A stretch of DNA of 64,000 nucleotides from Macrostomum lignano (taxonomy: Eukaryota): NCBI GenBank assembly GCA_002269645.1, contig NIVC01001753.1, forward strand, positions 62,001 to 126,000. The letters are read 5' to 3'. Position numbers and translations under genes: made by a program. Below, in pieces: positions 48,984 to 63,359 of the stretch (position 1 is its first letter; every line of letters starts with the position of its first letter). The notes below the pieces were generated by a model. The model was not told the origin of the DNA and did no database searches. It saw only the letters and a list, made by a program, of their open reading frames with translations.

Positions 48984-49869
48984 AAAAACCCTCGGTTGGG
49001 AAACCTTTGTGTTTGGGAGAAGGGTTTGGTTTTCTATTACACGCGCCCAGTAAAGAAATAGACAGAATGCTGAAAGAAATGAGAGTAGAATATTCTGTCA
49101 GTTTACATTGATAAAAAACTGAGAAACAGAAGCCACAGATTATAGTTTTTTATGTGTAACAACTTTACGCTTCTGCTGCTCGACCGAAACCGTAATGGCT
49201 TCTAGTTCACCTATGGATGTCGATTGGCGTATAAACCTGTCTGGCGAAACAGCGCAACGGAGACTATGCGAGGTCTTATCAAGGCTTATTAAGTCGCTGC
49301 AAATGGAAGTCCTCACTCTAACGCGGCGGCAGGAGGCCAGTGATCGCGTGGCCAGAGCGGCGAGGTAAGCGCAAAGAAGACTTCAAACAGAAGCTCATCG
49401 TCTCACGAATTCCCCAAGCGGATGTTGGGAAACCTGCCGATGATGAAGGAGGTGATGTGGTAGAGCGTCTGCAGTGCGCTCTGCTTCGTCTGAGAAGGTC
49501 GCAGAAGAGTGGTTTGTATCATGCGAACCAATGTGAAAAAATCTTGTTGACATTTTAAAGCCAGTAACAAAAACTACGGTAGGAAGGCACGAAAACAGCA
49601 TTTTGACTCGATCTTCTTGATCGAGTAAACCTCAAGGTTTTGTCAGCAAACTGGAAATGTTTCAAAAGGGTTCAGCTGGAAAGTGAATACCCTGGTCTTA
49701 AGCAAGTCTCCCTGCCGCTTCGTGATTTGAACGCTAATATGTCGATGTTAATGTCAATGTCAATATTTTACATGTATGTTAGTTCATTGAAACTATTTCT
49801 GACAGAATTGCGCTTATATAAAGTTAAAATTTCAAATGTTTACACAAAAGAGCTTACACGAAATACATC

Positions 49870-50495
49870 GGTGTATTTCTGGATGAGGTTGGATTGAAGT
49901 TGCACGAGGTTGGATTGAAATTGCACGAAGTTGGTTTAATGTTGCACGAGGTTAGATTAAAGTTGGAGGAGGTTGGATTGAATTTGGATGAGGTTGGATT
50001 GACGTTGGATGAGGTTGGATTGAAGTTGGATGAGGTTGGATTGAATTTGGATGAGGTTGGATTGACGTTGGATAAGGTTGGATTGAAGTTGGATGAGGTT
50101 GGATGATAAGGTTGGAATAAAGTTGGATTGAAGTTAGATTAAAGTTTGATGAGGTTGGATTGAAGTTGAATAAAAGATTGATTATGTTGATTGAGGTGAG
50201 GTTAAATTGAAGTTGGATTGAATTTGGATGGAAGATGGATCAGGTTAGTTGATGTTAGATTGAAGTTGGATGGAAGATAGATTAGGCTTTATGACGTTGG
50301 ATTGAAGTTGCACGAGGTTAGATTAAAGTTGGATAGAAGTTGGATAGAGGGTGGATTCTGTTGGACGAGGTTTGGATGAGGTTGGATTGAATTTAGATTG
50401 AAGTTTTATGAGGTTGGACGAGGTTGGATCAAAGTTGCATTAGGTTGAATAGAAGTTGGATGAAGTTAGATAAGGTTGGATTGAAGTTGGATATG
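49870..50495. repeat. 21-bp minisatellite GATGAGGTTGGATTGAAGTTG; resumes at 52714-52955
   Basis: Degenerate tandem array on both sides of the LTR-like insert. Confidence 0.9.
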
Positions 50496-50496
50496 A

Positions 50497-51463
50497 TGTA
50501 ACCGCCCTTGTCGCCCGTCCGCTTTGCGGGGAGGCGAACGTGTGACCAGAGGGGGCAATGACTGTAGGCTGCCTAAGACCGGGCAATGACCTGACGGACC
50601 TCCAGTACCAGACTGTCCCGCCCAAATGATTTATAGCTTTGGTAGCGCTTTCGTGACCAGAGGGCCAAGGACCCACATGGAACCCACCTGTAGCCAAGGT
50701 GCAATAGTTGTTCACTCGGTCATAGCATGACCGAGTGGCTGCCACCACTCTATGTGACCTGGCGCACCTGGATCTCACTACCAGACCTCTCCAGGCTAGA
50801 GCCCCGCCTGGATTGGTTACCAGGGGACTTAGGCTAACAGGGGAGACGCATGCAGCCGAGTACAGGGACTCTGCTTGGGGCATGATCGGGAACTCTGGGC
50901 TCAATCTGGAGGATTTCTCAGCAGGGGATCCTTTGTGGCTGTGAGCGAGGCAAACTTACGACTTCAATTACTAAGAGTAGTGTGAGGCGAACATGTACTA
51001 GCTATAGTTTAAATTGCTCAGGGCGAAGGGACGCGTAAGCATGGGGTTGCAACCTTCCTGCTGCCATTCTGCGCCAAGACCCGCTACTTCCCTCTACTGC
51101 ACGCACACACGAACCCGCAGCACGCACACACACGCGGGCTTTGCACGGGGAGAGGCCATAAGCTTACCCAAACTTCCTTATGCTTTGCCACTCAAGGATA
51201 AAGGCTTAGCAAGCCATGAATGAAATGATAGTGAAAGGGTGAATAATGAGGAGTTTAGTAATTGTTAATAAGTAGGCCCTTAGGCAAAATAATAAGGCAA
51301 TTAGGCGGATTCACTATTGAATAAAGTACAGCAAAAGATACGGTATCACAATTGGCTCAGCTCTCTCATCAAGCAATGGGAAATAAGCAAACCCCGGATA
51401 AGCAAAGGCAATTAGAGCACAAATTAGTACAGGAACTTACCGGGAGCTGCAGAGAGAGAGAGA

Positions 51464-51513
<50 letters not shown>

Positions 51514-52713
51514 CAGAGTGACCGTGGGCGGCTGCTGGCTGCAGACAGGCAAGCGGCGATGCGCTGATGTAGTTCAGGCGGTTCTAAAGATGCTGGGCGG
51601 TAACAGACCGCGGGCCGGCAGATGAGCTCACTTGGGGAGCTGAGGTAACCTGGAGGTAACAGACCCCGGACCTATAGACGAATGGGTCAGATCAACGTCT
51701 GACAGCAAGTCCAAAGAAGGACAAGAGGAGAGTCGAAGTGACACCTGTGACACCAGGTTGTCACGCCGAAAACCGCTTCCTTAAATAGCCTTCCCAGCCG
51801 CCGCTCCAAGGTCGTTTCCATGATTCCCTCTCTCTGATTGGCTGCCGGCGAAATGACGTCAGAATGAGTCATGATGAGAAGCATGAGAACGGCATAGCAA
51901 CATGAGAAATGGGGAAATTGCGCAATCCGGAGGTGGGGTGGGGATATTGGCGCAGCGGGAGGTCGAGAAAGTGTTGCGCAAGCAAATATTGAGAACAATA
52001 GGGCGGGGGTCGAGAACAAAGGATATGGAAATCGGGGATAATTGGGGAGAACCGACAACAAAAGAAAAGTAAACATAGGAGAAAAGGTGCTAATTGGGTG
52101 CGAAAAGGAGAACAATAGAAAGAGAAAATCTGGGAAAATGTGATAATTGGGTGCGAAATTGAGAACAAAAGAATAAAAAACGAGAACAATAGAAGCGGAG
52201 GTGGGGTGGCTGTCGCATGAGAAATCTTGGAAGGAGAACAATGGCATGAGAAAAGGTTGCGCAAGAGAGGGTGATGAGTCATTGATGAGCCATCGGAGGG
52301 AAGGAGGGGTCAGAGGTCTTGCGTCACCGTTTGGGAATTAAATAGGGGATGGGGTGACGGTGAGCGCACAAAGTACTGTAAGTAAGCCCGGGATGAGATG
52401 GACGGCACAGGAAAAACAGACCAAAGTAAGACAAAAAGATGGGAAGCGGGAGAAGTACATGATAGTTAGGGTAGAGCGCATGGGAAACGGGGAGGCGGGT
52501 GAGGCGCAGAAAGAAAAGGAGCTCAGGAAAGGCACGTGTGGCGGAGTGGGAGACGGAGACGAGACAGTAGGGGGATGCAGCAGAGCGGGAGTCAGCTGGC
52601 CTGGTCAAGGACCTGGCCCAGTCTCGACGGCTCTGCCTAGTAGGTGCACGGAGGTCGGAGGTGCTTTTGAAAAAGTTTCCCTCGCCAGACCCCGCGACCA
52701 GAGCGTGGTTACA
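50497..52713. mobile_element. Solo-LTR-like insertion, 2.2 kb
   Basis: Termini TGTAACC…GGTTACA, no credible coding content, internal (GA)n tract. TSD not clear. Confidence 0.6.
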
Positions 52714-53273
52714 TCAGATAGAAGGTGGATTAAGTTGGATTGAAGTTGGATAGAAGATAGATTAGGTTGAATGAGGTTGGATTGAAGTTGGATGAGGTTG
52801 GATTGAATTTGGATTAAAATTTGATAAGGTTGGAATAAAGTTTCATGAGGTTGGATAAAAGTTGGATGAGGCTGCATCGAAGTTGGATAGAAGTTGGATG
52901 AGGTTGGATAGAAGTTGGATGAGGTTGGATAGAAGTTGGTTAGAAGTTAAATGATGTTGGATTTGAAATTTAGCCATTTCCACCGTATGCGTTTACTACG
53001 AAACTCCATCCATGCACTTTCATCTGCTGATTCGCTAAACGCAAGACTACCAATTGCAGCCTAACTTCGTGCTGTATTTTAAGGCACGAAAGTACGAAGC
53101 AGTCTTTAGGAGGCTAACCTCCTAATTCTTTTCCTCTACTTCCGACTCGCTAGCATAGTAACCAAAGATATCGATAGAAATCAAATCAACTAAATCCACA
53201 GTCCGCACCCGATCGACTAACAACTACAGGCATTAGCCTCGTACACCAGATCATCCGAGAGTACCGATAAGTA

Positions 53274-53978
53274 ATAGAGAAATGAAGGAAGAAATCAAAT
53301 CTACATCTATACAAAACAGTGAAAAGCTCAGTCGGCTCATGCTCACAACAAGCATTGCAACTAAGCAAGTGATCATGCACAGCGGAGATATTCATTCTAT
53401 GCTCCCTAGCCCTAGTATACAGGTGCCTTTTGGTGTTTCCTATGTAGGAAATTCTCTGATCACCAGAGCAACAAAATTGATAGATATCACCAGCAGACAG
53501 AGCTCTAGGGGCCTTCGACTTCAACCTGCTAACAAACTGGCCGATTTTGGCAGATTGATGGCAAACTCAGAGTGCCGGGAGCCTTGCACATTAAGCATCA
53601 TAGACCTAGTTTGAATACTCAGCTTGCAGGTGGAGGAGCCAGTTTACAGCTCAAAGTTTTCTAGGCTTGGTGTGGGTTTGCGGCTCTCTCCCCGCCAATA
53701 TTGTTTGCTCTGTGTTTGTTCTGTGTGATGGCCTAATAATTTGTTTTATTTTTCGTCTCTTAATGTACAATTACCGACCGGACTGAACCCATTCGTCTAT
53801 TGCCCTGTACAGTTTTTTATTTTCCTTATTTATTTAAATATACGGAATTGTGAATCATGAGTGCAAGCCCTGAAGATGACCGCTTGTGTCGAAACGCGTT
53901 GGCAATAATAATAATTTACTTATATGTTGGTGTTGGCCTTCATTTCTCTATTATTTATTAAACGAGCATCTCTACCAG
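53274..53978. mobile_element. Penelope-like element relic with 5' inversion
   Basis: GIY-YIG (IYQFCC…YIGNTKRHL..RAREH) on the minus strand; C-terminus (ALHIKHHRPSLNTQL) on the plus strand. 13-bp TSD GTACCGATAAGTA at 53261-53273 and 53979-53991. Confidence 0.85.
53867..53903 (+). ncRNA. Minimal type I hammerhead-like ribozyme
   Basis: GCC-CTGAAGA-T-GAC…GTC-GAAACGCGTT-GGC. Palindromic stem III, GUU cleavage triplet, one extra base before stem II. Confidence 0.55.
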
Positions 53979-56900
53979 GTACCGATAAGTATTGCTATAC
54001 TTCTTATTCTGACTGCTTCATACTTAGTATTTAGAAAGTTTACATCTTTGCATTTTGCGTGAACATCACCGTTGACTCAGATTGAAATAAAACATCCGAA
54101 CAGAAGGTATAACACCGCAGGAAAACACTGAGTCGGACTTGCCACTTAGCTCGTATTGCCTAAGCTTAGAGTATTCGGACGCAGATCCGACAGAGAGCCG
54201 AAACCCACATTTAAAAGTATTTCATTGATTTTCTGACCGTTTTTTCCTGCCGTGTTTTTCTCCTAACATGGCACCCCTTTGCATGTTGGGATAAACAGCA
54301 ATTGAGCTTAGCTATGGGCGTGTAGGATATCCCGGAGGGCAGCACAAAAAATTAAAAACTTCAAAAACACAAAAAATGTGCGCACAACTCTATTCAAAAA
54401 ATGAAACAATTTTTTTCTGCTTTCTTCATATTGTTCCTTTATGTCAATGACACCTTTGTATTACGATGCCTGCGTAGACTCATGAGCCATCCTAACAGTT
54501 CCCTTAGAACTTTTCCCCGGGACGGAGGGATTGCACTGAATTGCAGGTTTGACATTTGCGAATGGGCGAAAGGCACTCGTATGACATTTGCAGTGGACTT
54601 GCTGCTGGATAGTGCATCAGCCGCCTCGCCCTCTTGAGGGCTACGGCTGACATTTAGAGGCTCTGGAATGCCTGGATAGTACAGCCCCTCCTGGTTTCAC
54701 GCCGCTCTTGCCCAGGCCGGCTCGGGACATTCCTTTCCAGCCTTTCTATCTTTCCAGCATCGCTCGATATTCGTGTATTGATCTTCCCCCTGGGCCCCAC
54801 CCCCGCGCTTTGTTCCCTGCGCCCCCATTCAGCCTATCTGCCTATCCAACTTTCTGGATCCCTCATCCTATCTCTTCCCAATTAGGCACCCAATCGACCA
54901 CTCTCGTTCCTTCTATCCTGCAGACACCGACAAGCACCTCACCTTCTAACTGCAAAATAAAATACCTTTAGCACGATTACCAAATTCGTTAATACCACCC
55001 CACCTAGCATTGTACGCAGGCACGTTCTTTTAACGGTACTGTCTATTGTTCAACGACTGGCACAGTCCACTCCAGCCAACCTGGATTCGCTCTAGTGAGT
55101 CAGACCCCGCGCTTTGTATTATTCTGCTTTCAGGGATAGTCCAGCCTCCCACATAATAAGCCTGGATCCGCTCCAGCACACAGAGGCTCCGCGCCTGCAG
55201 TCCATTCGATTAATGAAACGCCGCCGCCAGTGACGTCAGTAAAACCCAGCTAACATGGTACCACCCGGCAGGCATCCTTTTCATCAATAAACTTGGTAAG
55301 TAGGATGGATTTCGCCTACCACGGTCGGCACTCTCCTCCCTCCTCCCCAATCTCTGTCTATGCTGGCGGTCTCTCCGTGACAGTCAACTGCCGGTTCTGC
55401 CCCGTGTTTAGCGTCTGTTGAATCATCACAAGTTCCACTTCTTAGCCTCTTCAATTAGGATGGCTGCCGTTTCCTCCAACCCTCACATCGCCCCATTATA
55501 AAGACCGATTCTCAGCCTGCCTCCACGTCACCCTCCTCTTAATGCTTCTCGCCTCGCTATATCAGCCGTCTGCTAGCTCCACACCCTAATTCCAACATTT
55601 CGTCATTAACTACTAATATGTATTCCCCGACGAACTACACCGTTTTCTACTCCAACCTTCTTCGGGACCGAGTGAAATATTTTAAAATAAATGTTATATT
55701 GTTCTTCTGGTCTCTCACTTCTATGGCTCTAGATCTACTTCAAATATCAATGTGAGAGCCAAATAACTGAGGCGGCGGATTCAACTGACTTTTCCTGATG
55801 ATGCAAGACACTTGATGGTAACTTACAGACCGTTGTATTTGATGGTCACAATCTCGAGATGTTATCTTACAAAATATAATGTCTAAGATGGAATTCCAAA
55901 TAAGAAGCTCGTTTTGTTCGAGTTCCAAGGGGTTTCCAAGTTTTCGGGTGAACCGAAGGTTCAGTCTATTGTGGAACGTGGGTTGGTTGTTGTTTTGGTT
56001 TTGGTGAGTCAATTTATCAGTTTTAGTATTTGGGTTGAGACCCTAACTGTGTCAATCAAAAGTAGTCAAAGGAGGTAAGCTAGAATGGCGAAGAGGGAAA
56101 GAGAGGGCGGAAGAGAGGCGAGCTTCTTGCTTGGTTAACATGGGCTTTTATAGTACTTTTCAGTCTTGATCGCATTGGATAGTACATAACTGCTTTTCAT
56201 TGGTTGAGGTTGGGGTTGTGTCCTCAGCTTTTGCTAGTTGGAGCGCATTCATTGGTTGAAATACATTCAATCTGGATAGGATCTTTCTAGAGCCAAAATG
56301 TGGCACTTCACGAGAACCCCTATGTCTAGCTAGCTCCAACTTACCTGACCGCCTCCATCACCTTTCGCTTGTTCCCAATTTTAACCCCACCTGCACCTTC
56401 CGTCTGATCCCGGAGATTGATCCTCACGACTTCAGCCTGTCCAGCCCCATCTTTGATTGCCCATTCCCATTCTATCGTCTCCGATATAACTACCAAGCTA
56501 TTAACCAAATTGTCCACTTGGCTTGCGGTGATACCGTTTTCGATTACGACGACGACGAAGAACTGGCGCGACTCGACGAGGGAGACCTAAGTTATTTAGA
56601 CGCACTGCTATCATAGTACGCCCTGCTCCCAATGAACACCACCCGGAGATCCGAGCGCGCCATCCTCAACACAGTGTCCTACATCTTGACACATTCAAAC
56701 AACAAACCAGCGGCTCTCTATCTGGTGGCACGTCTGCTGCCGCGATTGCCCAACCTACGCACCACCGCCTGGAGATTTGTCTTGGCATACCAGGAGCTCG
56801 CCCCCCTCCTCCTCCACCTGGAGCTGGTGGCCGCGGGCACGCATCCGAAACAACTCGCCGAAAACAGTGATGCCCTTCGCTCCTGCGTCGCAACAGAAAT

Positions 56901-58989
56901 CGACTCTCACCAAGCCGCCTTTCTCCCCACCCAGCCTAGCACACCTGGCCCAAATGACTTTTTACCACACCTGGAGAACCACTTGGGGTTTTCCCTTCCA
57001 CGAGTACCTCCGAAGCCAGGTGGAAAAGCTCCCAACCGTCTACCGCCGTCAGCTTGTCGGCTCCTACAAGTCCCGCATCGACGCCCTCACGCACTTTAAA
57101 TTTATTTTAATCGACGACGCTAATCTTTAGTCCTTAATCTTCTAATCTTAACAATTTTCAAAATACATACGTAAAACAAATTAAACTCGCTTTCATAGTA
57201 GTGGTCTCATAAAAATTGAAAAACAAAAAATAGACTGCATTTCTTTGTTCTGTCCTTTCCTTTACTCATCAACGACGCTTGACACAAAGGGCTACTAGTA
57301 GCATAGAGAGTAAAAACGTGGGCCCACGTGAAGCCACACTAGCTGTGGCGACCACTAATTCAGTAGTGGTTTCCTACCACTAGTTCAGAAGTGGTACTCG
57401 TTCGTTAACCCGGCCACACAAGCTGTGCCCGAAGAGCTGGTCGGAGATCGCAAATCGGCGATTCCAGTTTTTAAAGCTTGCACCAGCTGCGACGGTCGCC
57501 CTGCCGCGACATTCATAGACCTGGCTGGCAACCCATAGTGATGCATCACAACTCAGAGTTCGTGCACGAACTCTCGTAGCAAGCCCACAAACGCACCTGT
57601 GGCACCCGTTGTATCGTTTTCTAGCAAGCCCACACCGTAGCCTGTGGCCCCGTCGTATAACCTATTAAAACTCTTCTTCGTTTAGAAAGACATCTTCGTT
57701 TACAAGAGTTCACAGGCTCTACAGCCTACAATTTCTAATCAGTAATACACGCACATAGTCTGTTCGATTTTTCTCGTCTGATACTACTTAAGCAGTAGTC
57801 ACTTGTGTACATACATACATGTCGAAAATTCTCATTGCAATTCATACCGATATTAGAAAATGATGACCAAAGAGATCATTGTAACACTGACCCAGATGCT
57901 ACAATGCTCAGTGTATTTTTAATCTTGCTTAATTCAATTATTTCTCATTCTCGCTACAATCTTATTGCAAACCAGATCCTCTCCTTTTGATAGCAGGATC
58001 CTGTATGCTCTTACGCTCTGGCCGACGGGCAACATCGCAACCCCCTTCAACTAAATCGCGCAAATCACAACGAGGTCCAGCGCCAACTGCTGACACAGAT
58101 CAAGCACTTGACAACACAACTTGCAGTACCCGACGGTTTTCCGCCTATACTCCTGACGTAACTATCTCACCGACTGCTTGGCCCTCTGGTTATTCAACAT
58201 CAGCCTACCTGCTTTTTGGCCAGCGGTGCCTGGCCTGCGAGTCTGCCGCCGCATCCTGCCACCGTAAGCCGGCCGAGCGCAAGCGCGTGTCGCTGAAGCC
58301 GCCGACACTGCCGGCTGCTAAAGACGAAGGCTAGACTCGGCGGCTGCCGAGCAGCAGTCTTTGGTAAGTTTTATGTTTAGAAAATTAGGCTTACATGCAT
58401 GCACATTTTGTTACTGTCATGCCAAGAATTTCGACTCACAATAACAATCAGTAATTATTTAAACAATATCATTTGAACCCTATTTCATTTTAAATTTCAA
58501 CAGACTAGTCGCCAGGTTCATGGCGAAATACAGCCTCCTGCGGCAGGCCGTGCGTCAGGCTGGACTTAAGGTTATTGTGTGTAGCTGTTAAATATATTGA
58601 CTGGAAATTGCTGTTAGTCATTACTTACTGCAGAAATCAATGAGCTAAAATATGAAATTTAAAACTGGCTAACTCTGGCACAAAATGCCCCCCCCCACTT
58701 TGATTCACAGATCGCAAATGCCAGGTCGCAGACGAACTTTCAAGTCAGACCGGCCCCGCCAATGGCGCTGCAACCGCCGTCACAACGGCATCCGACGGCA
58801 ATGCAAGTCTTCTGAAGATGCAAAAAAATTCTTACTAAATTAGTTACTATCAAAAAAGTTATTCGATTTCTTACTGAAATATTTACTATCAATCGATTTA
58901 CACGAGGCTTACATAGTAACAAAAAATTGCTACTGAATTTCTTACTGAATTATTTAGTATCAATCGATTTACTTGAGTGTTTCTGACAG

Positions 58990-59545
58990 ATGCTTAATTT
59001 TTGCAAGATTATAGTCCGGGTGCTCGCCGAAAGGCCCCAGAAGGTCGTAGCCCAGCGCCGAGAAGTGAAGCTCACCGCAGAGCACATTCAAATATTGTGC
59101 TTTCGGCGCTGGTTCGACGACGCACTGATCAATTTTTTCTAGTTTCTGTTGCGCCTTTAAACGCGCATTCGTTTTTAACGCAATTTTCAGAAGCACTGCT
59201 TAATGGATGCAGTGTTACTGCGTTAACTTTTCGCGTTGCAAACTAGCCTTTGAGATATTCGTTATGTTAAGATATGAACTTTTTTTTAAAAAGCAACTGA
59301 CGTTAAAAAGGTCCTGAAATTCTATACTTAGGTCAACATTTCGACTACGACATTTTTCTAATGCCGACAAACACGGGACAGCATTGGATGCCAGGAAGGT
59401 ACTTGTCGCCGACAGCGCGCATTTCTTAGGCCGGCCGTCCACGGGCCACAAGTTTGTCCAATTTTTGCGGGCCGAAGCGCAAAGGCAGCGGCGCGCAGAC
59501 CTGGACTTTGATGTTCTGCAGGTGAGCGTGCCTCAGCAGAATAAC
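58990..59545 (+). pseudogene. Ulp1/SENP (C48) protease fragment, probably transposon-borne
   Basis: LTAEHIQIL…WFDDALINFF, DYDIFLMPTNTGQHW (His), VADS (Asp) and VPQQNN (Gln). The Cys motif is missing where a GA-rich tract begins. Confidence 0.75.
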
Positions 59546-59548
59546 GTT

Positions 59549-59960
59549 CAGGAGGAGGAGACGAGAGAAGAGGGGGAGAGAGGAGACCAGAGAAGAGGGG
59601 GAGAGAGGAGAGAGGAGTGGAGGGAGAAAACGAAAAAGTAGAGGAGAGAGGAGAGAAGAGAGAAAAGAAGAGGGAAGAGATGAGATAAGAGATATGAAAG
59701 AGAAGAAAGATGAGGGAAGGTACAAAAGAAGATGTGAGAGAGGAGAGAGGAGAGGAGAGAGAGAAAACGAAAGAGGAGAGAGGAGAGAGGAGAGCAGAGA
59801 GAAAACGAAAAGTAGAAAGGAGAGAGGAAAGGAGAGAGAAAAGAATAGGGGAGAGATGAGATAAGAGAGATGAAAGAGAAGAGAGATGAGGGAAGATACG
59901 AGAGAAGAGAGAGGAGAGACGAGAGACGAGGGATGAGAGAGAAGAAAGGAAACAGAAGAG
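59549..59960. repeat. GA-rich low-complexity tract
   Basis: Degenerate GAGAG/AGAGG repeats. Confidence 0.9.
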
Positions 59961-62225
59961 ACGATAGAAATTTAAAGGATCCAAGGGACATAGGGAGAGT
60001 CAGGGAGAGGCCAGAGTTTGCCAATACATGTTTTAGAGTCAGACAGACATTGCCTGGCATACTGTGGAGTACCCCAGGAAACAATATCAACGTTTGCCTC
60101 CAACCCTAATTTTACACGAATGTGCTCCATTTTATGTCTACCTCTATCCTACTAACATTAATTTGTTTGTGTATGGCCTTAGATTTCAGAATACATGCGA
60201 AAGTAGTTCCGCGGATTGGAATTCCCCGTGTTTCAAAATCCGCGGGTTTCAACAGCTTGTAGATTACTATATACGTATTTCTCTGCCTAAAATCGCAAAA
60301 AACGCAAAAAAACGTTTTTGTACTCACATATGTACATTAATTTCTATCTATCTCAAATTGTATATGTACATTGACTACTTCTATGTCTACCTCAATTCTA
60401 TATGTACATTGTCTACTTGTACAGTGCATACTTCTATATGTACACTTGCGCATTAATCTACTTCTATGACAATTTCTATACGTACAGTGTATACATTAAT
60501 CCCCAATCTACACGACGGCCTCCGCTCTGCGTATTTGAATCGTCAACCCCACAAGATTATATGTACAATTCCAACTCGAAACCCTAATTTATACGTGTAC
60601 AGTTGTATATGCGCAGAGGTGGGTCGGTGCGCGCGCGCGATGTACAATCCCATCTACTACCAAATGAGTCAACTAATTGTGTAGCTCACATCGTATATGT
60701 ATAAACCATTTACAAGAAAGATATATTTAAAATAAATCAGTAGCTATTACACGAAGTAATTTATATACAACATCACCAGCGCATAGAATATACAGAAAAT
60801 TTTACATTGCTTTTCAATAATTTTCTCTTCATAAATAACTTTAAACAAGTCTGAGACGCAAAATATGTACAATAGATTTTTACATTGGCAATTTCGCCGC
60901 ATACAATACAAAAATGCTTTATGTACATTTGACATGCAAAATATGTACAACAAATAGATTTATTTTACTCTGATAAATTTAACAATACAAAAATGTACAT
61001 TTAATAGTCGGTCCACAAGGGCTACATTATTAATAACCATAAGGCCTGCTGTAGACCCCGTACACGCGTTTCGTCAGGACGCGCTGAAACGTCTTTTCCA
61101 TACTAACAGTTTGTACGGTGCAAGACGCCTTGTCACGCCTAAATTGAAACTGTGGCAGCTGCAAAGAGCCATTGACCCCGCTTTGAATTTTAGGCTGTCA
61201 AAAATGTTTGATTGATGACCCTCTGATAACACAGATCCTGCAGCAGCAAACATTGTAAAATTTAAGAAAACCCCCTATCAGCAAGTGTCTCCATTGTGCC
61301 TCCTTGACACCTAGCAACAATACCATGCAGCCGCTTTTGGATTTTAAAGCTGTCATAAATGTCCGATTAATAACCCTCACTGTAGCACCCAGGTTTTATT
61401 GCTGCCAAACTCCTACTATCAATTACTGTGGTGATTACATCATGTTGAGCCTAAAAATCGGGGTTGATTTCATCACTGCCTCCTGCCTGCCCGCTGAGTC
61501 ACGTTTACGCCCACCGCAGGATTGCTGTTTTTGCTTCTCTCTTGTTCAAGGATTAGTCGTATAGCCCCCTTGGAATTTTATGACTATTCTCTACAGGCAT
61601 TATCCAACTATACAATCTTCTCTATACGCTCGTACTGCTGCGGATATTCCCCAAAACTCAGTTATTTCAATAGGCCTGAATTGAGAAATCCAAATAATCC
61701 AGTATATTCAAATAAATCCAGCTGCTACTGCTGATGTTGGAGGAGGCAGATGGCGTGCGCGCGGCTGTCGTCTTTTGCGGCTGCTGCTGCTGCTGCTTCT
61801 GCTGCGATTGCGGCTGTGACTGCTGGTGCTGATACTCCTGCAATCTCCTTTATATAACCCAGGAAGAGGATGCCGCAAACAGAGAGCGCGCGGTGTGCAT
61901 TATTTCTCTTTCCCCTGTACTGCATTTGCAAATTAGTGTACAATTGTACACTCAGACCCCAACTTGGTATAGAAAAGTTGGGGTCTGAAAATACCCCATC
62001 ATTTTCGTTCTCGCACAGATTGTAATTGGATCTGAGTGCATCTAGCCAACCGGTAGTGTTGTAGGAACAAAAAATGCAGACCGCAGCCTCACCTCCTCAG
62101 AGTACAGTCGCTTTCGCGGGTATATAGAGGACCACGCTGGAGCTGAGAAATTTATCAGAACTCTCGCTCCGACACTCAGCATCAGCAGCATCAGTCGCTC
62201 TCTTTCTCCGTGAAACTCTGTTAAA

Positions 62226-62405
62226 ATGTCTATTCCACTTGTTGAAAATTACGTGCTGCGCAAGCCTACATTCGATACTGATCGAGAACTGATTGAGATT
62301 CGGCGACAAGAAAGGCAAGTATAAGAAAGGTTTCCCCGGCGTGTTTCTAACTCGCATGGAGTGGCAGCAGCTCAAGCAGGCGCGCGGGATTATTGAGTCT
62401 CTGCG
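62226..62405 (+). pseudogene. PC4/Sub1-like ssDNA-binding domain fragment
   Basis: MSIPLVENYV…LIEIR-(frameshift)-KKGFPGVFLTRMEWQQLK resembles PC4 KGISLTxEQWxxLK. Start context AAAATG. Confidence 0.55.
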
Positions 62406-62419
62406 CATCCTCGACTGCT

Positions 62420-63286
<867 letters not shown>

Positions 63287-63359
63287 GCCGCTATCCGCCG
63301 CGATCGCCGACGCCGCGACGCAGAGCCTACCAACCAGCCGTCACCCACCGACACCACCC

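Noticed and set aside
49894-52877. Repeat-derived ORFs (LDEVGLK, F/L/S-rich, ERER)
   Set aside because: They arise from minisatellite and low-complexity sequence lacking stops. The same applies to 59358-60109 and 63075-63614.
61060-61100. Hammerhead-like CTGACGAAACGCGT on the minus strand
   Set aside because: There is no stem II between the two core motifs.
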